Source: the human T2T-CHM13v2.0 reference genome, Homo sapiens
Length of the DNA: 64,000 nucleotides
Reading direction: 5' to 3' (one strand)
Assembly (NCBI RefSeq): GCF_009914755.1
Contig: NC_060945.1
The translations under genes and the position numbers were made by a program. The notes beneath the pieces were generated by a model that had not been told where the DNA came from, did no database searches, and worked only from the letters and a program-made list of their open reading frames with translations. Shown one piece after another: positions 49,763 to 64,000 of this stretch. Numbering within the stretch: position 1 is the stretch's first letter; every line of letters starts with the position of its first letter.

Positions 49763-50365
49763 TGTAATACCCAACGTTGTAACATGAATAGACTCTTCCT
49801 TAGATAGCTAACCTTGTTTTTAATATGAATAGACTCTCCCTTAGCTGAGAAAACCAGACAAACTCCATTTGGCTCCTTCATTTACAAGACATCAAGGGCT
49901 CCCTACCCACCCCCTTTCCTCAAGGACTTTAACTTGTGCAAGCTGACTTTCAACATATCAAAGAGTGGAATTAACTGATAAAGTGCTGAGACAAGCGATG
50001 TCTGCAGTTCCCAGCAATTTATTCAGAGATAGTATCATAAAGCCCCACATTTGTCTGGCAGATATTGCCCAGAGCCCCCTCACCTATCACTTTGTGGTGA
50101 ATTTAAAGCCCCTGCACCGGGAACAGTTTGTTTTCCTGTAACCATCTGTCTTTTTAAATTTTTTGTCTGTTATTATCTTCTGTAAAGTTGCTGCAGCTAG
50201 AATCCCCCCTCCCCTCTTTAAACCAAAGTATAAAAGAAAATCTTGTCCCTTCTTCGGGGCCGAGAGAATTTCGTGCGTTAGCTGTCTCTCAGTCACCAGC
50301 TAATAAAGGACCCCTGAATTCGTCTCAAAGTGTGGCGTTTATCTCTAAATCACTCGGGTACGACA
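49763..50365 (+). mobile_element. ERV1 solo LTR (LTR6-like) with 4-bp TSD GTTT
   Basis: TG...CA termini, AATAAA at ~50302, gttt at 49759-49762 and 50366-50369. Confidence 0.75.
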
Positions 50366-51145
50366 GTTTCAACTATGGTAGAAGACTTGAGTAAGGCAAA
50401 TACAGTCCCCCTAAATTTGACTATTATTTACGTTAATGGTGAGTTTAGAAGAAATAAGTTAAGACTACAAAGAGTGGGCTAAAGTGCAAATAAACACTGG
50501 AAATATTTCCCAGAAAATATGACTTTGAACAGGCTGCTGCACACCCTGCATGTAGAGATAAACTAAGAAAAATGTCTGGAGAGTTATTTAAGGACCTATG
50601 GTTAACTCAGTACTCAAGATGTTCTGGGTTTCATCCATGAATCAAGGAGGACCTCCCAAAAGCTGTTTGGGACCACACTCTTTGAGCAATGAGCACAACT
50701 TACGATGGAAGCTGTGCTTTAGCGGAAGATGACCGTTTCCACTGCACAACACTACAAGTGGTTACTGCCAGGCCGGTGTGAAATATGTTCCAGCACATAA
50801 TCTATGTCACCAATGAAGGTGGTGGTTCGGACTTGGTACACACAAGCTTTCCTGTCCCACAAGAACACTGCATGCTCTCTTCTCGGGTTCCATTCCAATC
50901 ACGTAACAAATATGACTGCCTTTTTTGTCTCGGCATCAGAAAGATCAGAGGAAAATTTCCACCCAACTTAGACAACTCTAAGCTCTTATAACCTGCCTAT
51001 ATCTACAGGTCAGCTTTATCTTATTTATGTATATTTCCTTCAACCTGAGTTTTACTTATTTCTACTTTTCCTTTTTAATTCACAGACACCCATAAACTCA
51101 GAAAATACAGTGTAAAACAAAGTGAAGAACAAGTAAACAACTCAC

Positions 51146-53430
51146 CAGATATTTATTCGTTTCTTGTTGCTCTTGGAAACACCCAGAGGACACTGGAAAC
51201 ATAGCTGGGATAGAAGGCAAATGACGTGGATTAAGGAGAGAACTGGTGTGGTGTGGTCCCAGATTCTTCTGCCCAATGCTCTAGACACATTACCTGGGAA
51301 AGCCCTCCTCCCTCCTGAAAAAGAAAAACTTCCCCGTGGGAGAAGAGTCCTTCACGCCTCATTAGGGGCAGCAGAGGCTCAAGTTAAGATAAGATACATA
51401 GACAAGTACATTAATTGGTAGACATTAGATGCACAATTTATTTTTGAATAAAAATATGTATTACCTACTAATTTAGTAACAATATTATCTAAAGATATAA
51501 TCTAATAATTTAATACAAAGAAACATTATAAGTTCACTAAAATAAATGTTATAGAAATATACTGGGCTGTATTAACTATTTTCCTATTAATATGTAGATT
51601 CCACAAATAACTTCATATGAGTGTTCCCATGACAGTACCTCTTGCTTTTCTATACCTGAACATCGTGGAAAGTGCATCTTGCAAACCAGCAATTTTGGCC
51701 TACAATTACGTTTTTTAAAATGTACATAATATGTATTTCCTGCAGTACACCATTCTACTCATGTTTCCCAATAACACCTTTCCTTCTATCCAAGCCCTCA
51801 TATTATGCTCTGACAATAAATTGGGCTTTTCCATCTGACTTGTCCAGTGAATGGACAATGGAAAATGTGATGCAAATATCCATTGGTTCTTCCCTTTTTG
51901 GGAGAAATTTTGAAGAGGTCTGGAGCTACCCTGTTGGAGACACAGGGCCTAGCCAAGAGTCACCACAAACCACCAGATTGTGAAGGAAACTATCTTAAAC
52001 CAACCAGGCTCAGTCAACGCACCAGGTGACTAAGGCCTTTTTGTAATCCAGGCAACACAAATATATCAACTACCCAGCTGAATCCACCACACCAAAGTGC
52101 AGATCCACAGAACTTCATACAAATAAAATGGTGATTGTTTTTTATAAGCCAGTAAGGTTTAATTAGTTCCTTAAACAGCAAGTATTAACTGTTACACCTA
52201 AGTGAACAGAATTCACTTCTGTGTTTTTAACAAAATTATGTAGGGGGAGAAAATCTTAAATTACAAATCAAATACAATCAATAGAACTTCGCAATCTAAT
52301 GCTAAATTTGGGGATGGACTAGGTTTAATATATCTCAGACGCGAAAAAACGAGCTAAGATTGAAGGAATGGGACTGTGTTTGGAGAGTATTTTAATCCTC
52401 TCAAGTATGACAGGTCACTGCTGTACCCCAGACCACACTTTCAGGCCCCTTCAAATAAGGAATATTTCCTAAGTCCTTGCCTGTTCTTCTCAGCTGAATT
52501 CACCTCAACCTTCTGAAAGTTCGTCCAAACCTTCTACTATCACCTAGTCTTTGCAAATCTTGTGCATTCTAGGGAGTAGAATTAATATTTCCTGAGCAAG
52601 GAAAACTGGGATCTTCACCTGTGACCTTTTTTCCTCCTCTGAAGCACCAGTGAGAGGTTAGACCAGATGGCTGTTCTTTCAAGTGTGCTTCTTATTCATA
52701 GGGAACCCTCCCTTTCAAACTTTGTAACACACAGTTAAGACTGAAGTACCCTTAAGGCTGACGACCATCATCTATTATGCCATCTCCCTTGTGGAATCAG
52801 TGAGTTCTTCCCTGGAAACTAGGTCTCGTATAAACTTCTGTAAATGCGACCCAGGAGGACTAGGCAGGTCACACAGTGAAGGAGGGAACCAGAAACTTCA
52901 CTTGCTAAAGAGACACCAGGAAACCCAACTAATACAAACACCAAGTTTAAGACTAGCGGCGCACGCGTTTCACACTACTCCTCTGGGAATGGGGAAAGTC
53001 TCCTGAGAACTGTGTGTTAGCACTGGGACAGATGGGCAAACTGAGCATCATGCTGGTTGGTAACCGTGTCCCTCAGCGGCAGGACAGGAGCGCGGCCTGC
53101 AGACTCTGGGCCTAGGGCCACTGGCCTCTCCTACCCGCTCCTGTGCCTCTAGAACCCGCTTCACTGCTGGGACCCCACGCCTGTCCTCCCAGCCTCCGCC
53201 TGGGTCCGTGGCCCGCACCTGCTCTTCAGGCCCTGCCCTCCCGCGATTCGCCCATGCGTCTGCTTCCACAACTAGGGAACACTGGTCCGGCCCCCTGGGA
53301 TTCCCTGAGGCCTACGGGTTCCTCTTGGCCCTTGCACCGACCCACAGGGACATAGAACCAAGCCCCAAGCCGGCCCAGCTACAGGACCGACTCTGGGTGC
53401 CACACTTCCGGAGGAAAATGGCGGAGTGGG
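51146..53430 (-). pseudogene. 5' fragment of a ZNF717-like KRAB zinc-finger gene paralog: exon 1 ~53430-53219, possible 21-nt mini-exon 51314-51294, start-codon exon 51204-51146; no KRAB or zinc-finger exons recognised in the window
   Basis: AG/GT-flanked exon encodes MFPVSSGCFQEQQETNKYL|gtgag, close to the ZNF717 N-terminus as recalled (MFPVFSGCFQELQEKNKSL); exon-1 donor GAGCAG|gtgcgg. Confidence 0.75.
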
Positions 53431-53470
53431 CCGGGCGGCGCATGCGCAGAGAGAAAAGCTGGTTCCCAAG
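53050..53470 (-). promoter_or_regulatory. CpG-island promoter with ETS/GABP, YY1 and NRF1 motifs
   Basis: CACTTCCGG at 53403-53411, AAAATGGCGG at 53415-53424, GCGCATGCGCA at 53438-53448. Confidence 0.8.
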
Positions 53471-53739
53471 GTCCTTGATGGTAACATCATTGGAAGGTGA
53501 CACCACAATTCCCATGAGGCTTTGCGGTCCCCCGTTAGGAACCCACGCCGGACATTCTGTTTTGCCCAGCACTTGAGTCCAGTTACACAGAGACCCGGAC
53601 TTAATGTATCAGGACTGGTCCCTACCCAGGTGACACAGATGTGGCATTCTGGTTCTTTATTAAATCCTGGTTTCACAGCCTGGGACATTGTGAAAATAAT
53701 GGAGAAATTTCAATAGAGGCCAATTGGTCTATGCTATGA

Positions 53740-54043
<304 letters not shown>

Positions 54044-54639
54044 CTCAAGTCTATTTTTTATAGATGCATTCGAAAGCATGAAAACAATCATGCCTCTATT
54101 TTACTTTAAAATTTTAAAAACACAACTAATGAATATGGTAATTCTCTTCCAATCCGTTATCTTTTCTCTCACTAAACTAATTTGTGAGCCTTCAATTACA
54201 CAGTTAGAAAATATGCTCTAGTGCATATACTAGGATAAAATAACAGGGTCATAAGACAGGTGCACTCCATAATCTTTGTGACAACTTTCACTTCCAGTGT
54301 CTGATAAATATTTGCCCATAGACTCCCACGTTTCATCCATCCATCCATCCATCAATCAAATCTACCTATCTTTATTTATTTATTGTGAGAAAGACCTGAA
54401 ATTTGCCTTTCCTTCCCTGATTTCTGCCACAACCTAGGCAAGGAGTTCTGTCTAGGGATTTCTCAGAGCTCCGGCTACCACCGAGGTTCCTAACAGGGAA
54501 ACGCAGGCTTGAATGCTCAGGGTTGATGTGGGAGTGCATGTGAAACGGGGGTGGGGTGAAAGGGCAGTGACGTTTGTAGGTGGGCAGATGAGGGTGTTGA
54601 TGGGCTTTCAGGTAAGAGGCACAGAGGAACCTGGGAGAG

Positions 54640-55025
54640 GCAGCGAAAGCACCTCACGCCTCAGATCACCAGAAGACGCTCCCACCAGTGCCATGACAGT
54701 TTGCCAATGCCATGGCATCATGAGAAGTCCCCACCCCTTGCCATGGAAACAGATGGAAGTTACTGCCCATTTCTAGCTATTTCTGAATAACCTGCCCCTT
54801 AATTAGCATGCCATTAAAAGTGAATTATAAAAATGACTACAAGCCACCCCTAGGCTGCTGCTCTGGGAGCACAACCCACGGAGGGCACCCTGCCCTGCCG
54901 GAGTGGATGCAGGGCTGTAACACCGCCAATGCCTCCGTAGAGCTGCTTTCTTCCACCACAGGCTTGCTTTTGGATTTCTTCCTGAGCGACGCCAAGAACC
55001 TGCCCTTCCTCAGTGTGACTCTTGC
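54640..55025 (+). mobile_element. MER41-like LTR fragment
   Basis: 'ctcccaccagtgccatgacagtttgccaatgccatggca...gccaagaacctgccc'. Confidence 0.65.
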
Positions 55026-55965
55026 CTAAAACCTATCCCTGATATTCTCTTTTCCTAAGCATGCCTTGACTTGTTCTTTCATCTCCTCTGATCTTGCAAT
55101 TGGTCCTCAGTGACTCTATTCTGCAGATCCAGAAAACTCAACCTTAATCTTCCCAGAGCCCTGTTGTCTCTAATATTGGAATCTCTAGCCTTGTTTTCTC
55201 AGACGCCTAGATTACAGGCTTCTCTCTTGAACACCTATTGGTATGGTATCCGGGGATCCTTTAAATACTTGATGATTGGCAGGGGTTAAATAGCGGAAAT
55301 CAGTGCCTGATAATTCACCTTCCAGGATATGGACTGTCATTCCCTCTCTTGGTGGGCCTCAGTCTCTTATCCATAAAAGTAGAGTATATAATACTCATTT
55401 GAATTGCAGATACCTCAACCCGAACCCACCTAATATAATGTAAAAGCCAAGAATGCAACCCCTTTCTTCACCCCGTGAAGGTAAAGCCCTCAGAGCCAAG
55501 GAGAGAAGGCTCAGGGATGGTATCTGGGTGTTTCCAACGCTAACCATGTATTGTAGTTTTTAGTGTTCAAGTTTAAGCTTCCCCAGCTTTAATTCTATTG
55601 TAACAAGATTTATTTTTATAATTCCATTTTTGGATTCTTGATTTCTTGGTGAAGAAGTACAGTTATTTTTGTATACCAATCTTATATAGTGTTACATTCT
55701 TAAATTTGTTCATGAGTCCTAATACTTTTTAGTAAATTTCTTATGATTTTCTAAATGCAAGATCATGTCATCTGTACATAAAGATAACTGTACTTCTTCC
55801 TTTCCAATCTAGATGCTGTTTATTTATTTACATTGCCAACTTGTCCCAGCTACCACTGTTATCAAGTAAAAGGGTCTCACTGCCCAAAGCACAAGAAGCC
55901 AGTACCATGACACTGAGTTTTCAAGAAAAGAAAAAGTTTAAAGTCAAAACAAAACCTAGGGTACA

Positions 55966-58067
<2,102 letters not shown>

Positions 58068-61000
58068 GAATGGAATGGAATGGAATGCAATGGAATCAAC
58101 CGGAGTTGAATGGAATGGAACGGAATGGAATGGAATGGAATGAAATGGAATGGAAAGGAATGGAATCAAACCGAGTGGAATGGAATGTAATGGAATGGAA
58201 TGGAAAGGCACGGAATGGAATGGAATGGAATGGAATGGAATGGAATGGAATGGAATGGAATGGAATCAACCCGAGTGGAATGGAATGGAATGGAATCAAA
58301 CTGAGTGGAATGGAATGGAATGGAATGCAATGGAATGTAATGGAGTGGAAGGCATTAGAATCAACTGGAATGGAATGGAGTGGAATGGAATGGAATCAAC
58401 GACAGTGGAATGGAATGGAATGGAATGGATAATAATGGAATGGAATGGAATCAATCTGGGTGGAATGGAATGGAATGGAATGCAATGGAATGGAATGGAA
58501 TCAACTCGAGTGGAATGAAATGTAACGTAATGTAATGTAATGGAATGTAATGGAATGGAATAGAATGGAATCAATTCGAGTGCAATATAATGGTATAGAA
58601 TGGAATGGAATGGAATGGAATGGAATGGAATCAACTAGAGTGGAAACGAATGGAAAGGAATGGAATGGAATGGAATGGAATGGAATGGAATGGAATGGAA
58701 TGGAACGGCATGGAATGGAATGGAATGGAGAGGAATCAACCATAGTGGAATGGAGTGCAATGGACTGTAACGGCATGGAATGGAATGGAATGGAGTGGAA
58801 TAAACACGAGTGGAATGGAATGGAATGGAATGGACTGGAATGGAATGGAATGGAATCAACCCGAGTGCAATGGAATGGAATAGAATGGAATGAAATAAAC
58901 ACGAGTGGAAAGGAATGGAATGGAATGGAATGGAATGGAAGAGAATGGAATGGAATCAACTCGAGTGGAAAGGAAAGGAATGGAAAGGAATGGAATGGAA
59001 TGGAAAGGAATGGAATGCAATGGAATGCAATGTTAGGGAATGGAATCAACCCGAGTGGAATGGAATGGAATGGAATGGAATGGAATGCAATGGAATGGAA
59101 TGGAATGGAATGGAATGCAATGGAATGGAATGGAATCAACTCGAGTGGAATGAAATGTAATGTAATGTAATGGAATGGAATGGAATGGAATGGAATGGAA
59201 TGGAATGGAATGGAATCAATTCGATTGCAATGTAATGGTATAGAATGGAATGGAATGGAATGGAATCAACCAGAGTGGAATGGAATGGAATGGAATGGAA
59301 TGGAATGGAATAGAATGGAATGGAATGGAACGGAACGGAATGGAATGGAATGGAATGGAATGGAACGGAACGGCATGGAATGGAATGGAATGGAGTGGAA
59401 TCAACACGAGTGGAATGGAGTGGAATGGACTGTAATGGCATGGAATGGAATGGAATGGAGTGGAATAAACAAAAGTGGAATTGAATGGAATGGAATGGAC
59501 TGCAATCAACCAGAGTGCAATGGAATGGAATAGAATGGAATGGAATGGAATGGAATGAAATAAACACTAGTGGAATGGAATGGAATGGAATGGAAGAGAA
59601 TGGAATGGAATCAACTCGAGTGGAAAGGAATGGAATGGAAAGGAATGGAATGGAATGGAAAGGAATGGAATGCAATGGAATGCAGTGTTATGGAATGGAA
59701 TCAACCCGAGTGGAAGGGAATGGAATGGAATGGAATGGAATGGAATGGAATGCAATGGAATGGAATGCAATGGAATGGACAGGAATGGAATGGAATGGAA
59801 TTCAATGGAATGGAATGGACAGGAATGGAATGGAATGGAATGGAATGGAATGGAATGGAATGGAATGGAATGGAGTGGAATGGACTAGAATGGAATGGAA
59901 TGGAATGAAATCAACCCGATTGGAATGGAATGGAATGCAATGGAATGGAATGGAATCAACTGGAAAGGAATCAAATGGAACGGAATGGAATAGAATGGAA
60001 TGGATTGGAATGGAATGGAATGGATTCAACCTGAGTGGAATGGAATGGAATAAAATGGAATAATGACGAGTGGAATGGAATGGAATGGAATGGAATGGAA
60101 TAGAATGTAGTCAATTCGAGTGCAATGTAATGGTATAGAATGGAATGGAATGGAATGGAATCAACCAGAGTGGAATGGAATGGAAAGGAAAGGAATGGAA
60201 TGGAATTTAATGGAATGGAATGGAACGGAACGGAATGGAATGGAATGGAATGGAATGGAATGGAATGGAACGGCATGGAATGGAATGGAAAGGAATGGAA
60301 TGCAATGGAATGGAATGTAACGGCATGCAATGGAATGGAATGGAGTGGATTCAACCCGAGTGGAATGGAGTGCATTGGACTGTAACGGCATGGAATGGAA
60401 TGGAATGTAGTGGAATAAACACCAGTGGAATGGAATGGAATGGAATGGAATGGACTGGAATCAACCCGAGTGCAATGGAATGGAATAGAATGGAATGGAA
60501 TGGAATGGAATGAAATAAACACGAGTGGAATGTAATGGAATGGAAAGGAATGGAAGAGAATGGAATGGAATCAAATCGAGTGGAAAGGAATGGAATGGAA
60601 AGGAATGGAATGGAATGGAAAGGAATGTAATGCAATGGAATGCAGTGTTATGGAATGGAATCAACCCGAGTGGAATGGAATGGAATGGAATGGAATGGAA
60701 TGGAATGGAATGGAATGGACTGGAATGGAATGGAATGGAATGGAATGGAATGGAATGGAATGGACTGGAATGGAATGGAATGGAATGGAATGGAATGGAA
60801 TGGAATGGAGTGGAATGGACTAGAATGGAATGGAATGGAATGAAATCAACCCGATGGGAACGGAATGGAATGCAATGGAATGGAATGGAATCAACAGGAA
60901 AGGAATCAAATGGAACAGAATGGAATAGAATGGAATGGATTGGAATGGAATGGAATGGAATCAAACCTAGTAGAATGGAATGGAAAGAATGGAATGAACA

Positions 61001-64000
61001 GGAATGGAATGGAATGGAATGGAATGGAATTTAATGGAATGGAATGGAATGGAATGCAATTTAATAGAATGGAATGGAATGGAATGGAATCAAACTGAGT
61101 GGAATGGAATGGAATGGAATGCAATGGAATGTAATGGAGTGGAAGGCATTAGAATCAACTGGAATGGAATGGAGTGGAATGGAATGGAATGGAATGGATA
61201 ATAATGGAATGGAATGGAATCAATCCGGGTGGAATGGAATGGAATGGAATGCAATGGAATGGAATGGAATCAACTCGAGTGGAATGAAATGTAACGTAAT
61301 GTAATGGAATGGAATGGAATGGAATGGAATAGAATGGAATCAATTCGAGTGCAATATAACGGTATAGAATGGAATGGAATGGAATGGAATGGAATGGAAT
61401 GGAATCAACTAGAGTGGAAACGAATTTAAAGGAATGGAATGGAATGGAATGGAATGGAACGGCATGGAATGGAATGGAATGGAGTGGAATCAACCATAGT
61501 GGAATGGAGTGCAATGGACTGTAACGGCATGGAATGGAATGGAATGGAGTGGAATAAACACGAGTGGAATGGAATGGAATGGAACGGACTGGAATGGAAT
61601 GGAATGGAATCAACCCGAGTGCAATGGAATGGAATAGAATGGAATGAAATAAACACGAGTGGTAAGAAATGGAATGGAATGGAATGGAATGGAAGAGAAT
61701 GGATTGGAATCAACTCCAGTGGAAAGGAATGGAATGGAAAGGAATGGAATGGAATGGAAAGGAATGGAATGCAATGGAATGCAATGTTAGGGAATGGAAT
61801 CAACCCGAGTGGAATGGAATGGAATGGAATGGAATGCAATGGAATGGAATGGAATGGAATGGAATGGAATGGAATGGAATCAATTCGAATGCAATGTAAT
61901 GGTATAGAATGGAATGGAATGGAATGGAATGGAATCAACCAGAGTGGAATGGAATGGAAAGGAATGGAATGGAATGGAATGGAATGGAATGTAACAGCAT
62001 GGAATGGAATGGAATGGAGTGGAATCAACCCGAGTGGAATGGAGTGGAATGGACTGTAATGGTCTGGAATGGAATGGAATGGAATGGAGTGGAATAAACA
62101 CAAGTGGAATGGAATGGAATGGAATGGACCGGAATCAACCAGAGTGCAATGGAATGGAATAGAATGGAACGGAATGGAATGGAATGAAAAAAACACGAGT
62201 GGAATGGAATGGAATGGAATGGAATGGAATTCAATGGAATGGAATGGACAGGAATGGAATGGAATGGAGTGGAATGGACTAGAATGGAATGGAAAGGAAT
62301 GAAATCAACCCGATTGGAATGGAATGGAATGCAATGGAATGGAATGGAATCAACTGGAAAGGAATCAAATGGAACGGAATGGAATAGAATGGAATGGATT
62401 GGAATGGAATGGAATGGATTCAACCCGAGTGGAATGGAATGGAATAGAATGGAATAAACACGAGTGGAATGGAATGGAATGGAATGGAATGGAATCAACT
62501 CGAGTGGAATGAAATGTAATGTAATGGAATGGAATGGAATTGAATGGAATAAACACGAGTGGAATGGAATGGAATGGAATGGAATGGAATGGAATGGAAT
62601 AGAATGGAGTCAATTCAAGTGCAATGGAATGGTATAAAATGGAATCGAATGGAATGGAATAAACCAGAGTGGAATGGAATGGAAAGGTATAGAATGGAAT
62701 GGAATGGAATGGAATGGAACGGAATGGAATGGAATGGAATGGAATGTAACGGCATGGAATGGAATGGAATGGAATGGAATGGAATGGAATGGAATGGAAT
62801 GGAACGGCATGCAATGGAATGGAATGGAGTGGAATAAACACGAGTGGAATGGAATGGAATGGAATGGACTGGAATGGAAAGGAATGGAAGAAAATGGAAT
62901 GGAATCAACACGAGTGCAAAGGAATGGAATGGAAAGGAATGGAATGGAATGGAAAGGAATGGAATGCAATGGAATGCAGTGTTATGGAATGGAATCAACC
63001 CGAGTGGAATGGAATGGAATGGAATGGAATGGAGTGGAATGGAATGGAATGGAATGCAATGGAATGGACAGGAATGGAATGGAATGGAATGGAATGGAAT
63101 GGAATAGAATGGAATGGAATAGAGTGGAATGGACTAGAATGGAATGGAATGGAATGAACTCAACCCTATTGGAATGGAATGGAATGCAATGGAATGGAAT
63201 GGAATGGAATCAACTGGTAAGGAAACAAATGGAACAGAATGGAATAGAATGGAATGGATTGTAATGGAATGGAATGGAATCAAACCTAGTAGAATGGAAT
63301 GGAAAGAATGGAATGAACAGGAATGGAATGGAATGGAATGGAATTTAATGGAATGGAATGGAATTTAATAGAATGGAATGGAATGGAATGGAATGGAATG
63401 GAATGGAATGGAATCAACCCGAGTGGAGTGGAATGGAATGGAATGGAAATGAATGGAATAGAATGGAATGGAATGGAACGGAAAGGAATGGAATGAACCC
63501 GAGTGGAATAGAATGGAATGGAATGGAATGGAAAGGCACGGAATGGAATGGAATGGAATGGAATGGAATGGAATGGAATCAACCCGAGTGGAATGGAATG
63601 GAATGGAATCAAACTGAGTGGAATGGAATGGAATGGAATGCAATGGAATGTAATGCAGTGGAAGGCATTAGAATCAACTGGAATGGAATGCAGTGGAATG
63701 GAATGGAATCAACGCCAGTGGAATGGAATGGAATGGAATGGATAATAATAGAATGGAATGGAATAAATCCGGCTGGAATGGAATGGAATGGAATGCAATG
63801 GAATGAAATGGAATCAACTCGAGTGGATTGAAATGTAACGTAATGTAATGGAATGGAATGGAATGGAATGGAATGCAATGGAATGGAATCAATTCGAGTG
63901 CAATATAATGGTATAGAATGGAATGGAATAGAATGGAATGGAATGGAATGGAATCAACCAGAGTGGAATGGAATGGAATGGAATGGAATGGAATGGACTG
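58068..64000 (+). repeat. Human satellite 3 (GGAAT)n with CAACCCGAGT variants (HSat3 A-type)
   Basis: Continuous GGAAT pentamers interspersed with GGAATCAACCCGAGT; runs off the end of the window. Confidence 0.98.

Overview
Primate (very likely human) pericentromeric or acrocentric short-arm DNA, almost entirely repeats and segmental-duplication material. From left to right: (1) an SST1/NBL2-like fragment; (2) a rearranged ACRO1 composite unit whose 144-147-bp satellite is one uninterrupted ~907-codon Ser/Pro/Thr-rich ORF with Pol II CTD-like PSYSPTTP motifs; (3) a twin-primed L1; (4) a REP522-like palindromic repeat fused to an SNX18 processed pseudogene; (5) an MST element and a 4.3-kb CER 48-bp satellite block; (6) ~35 kb of old L1, Tigger1, Alu and ERV1 sequence, including a MER57-like provirus carrying a full-length dead L1PA3/4 and a 35-bp VNTR, all apparently intron of a ZNF717-like KRAB-ZNF 5' fragment (CpG promoter at ~53.4 kb, minus strand); (7) HSat3 (GGAAT)n from 58.07 kb to the end. 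The most striking structure is at 3.0-6.5 kb. The ACRO1 gene-like unit is split so that its TATA/Inr promoter and first 82 codons sit in a 2.4-kb spacer between two 537-bp, ~97%-identical inverted arms and point away from the intact ORF body. Flipping the spacer would rebuild a ~993-aa ORF. Repeat family names come from recognition, not from a database search, and most boundaries are approximate.
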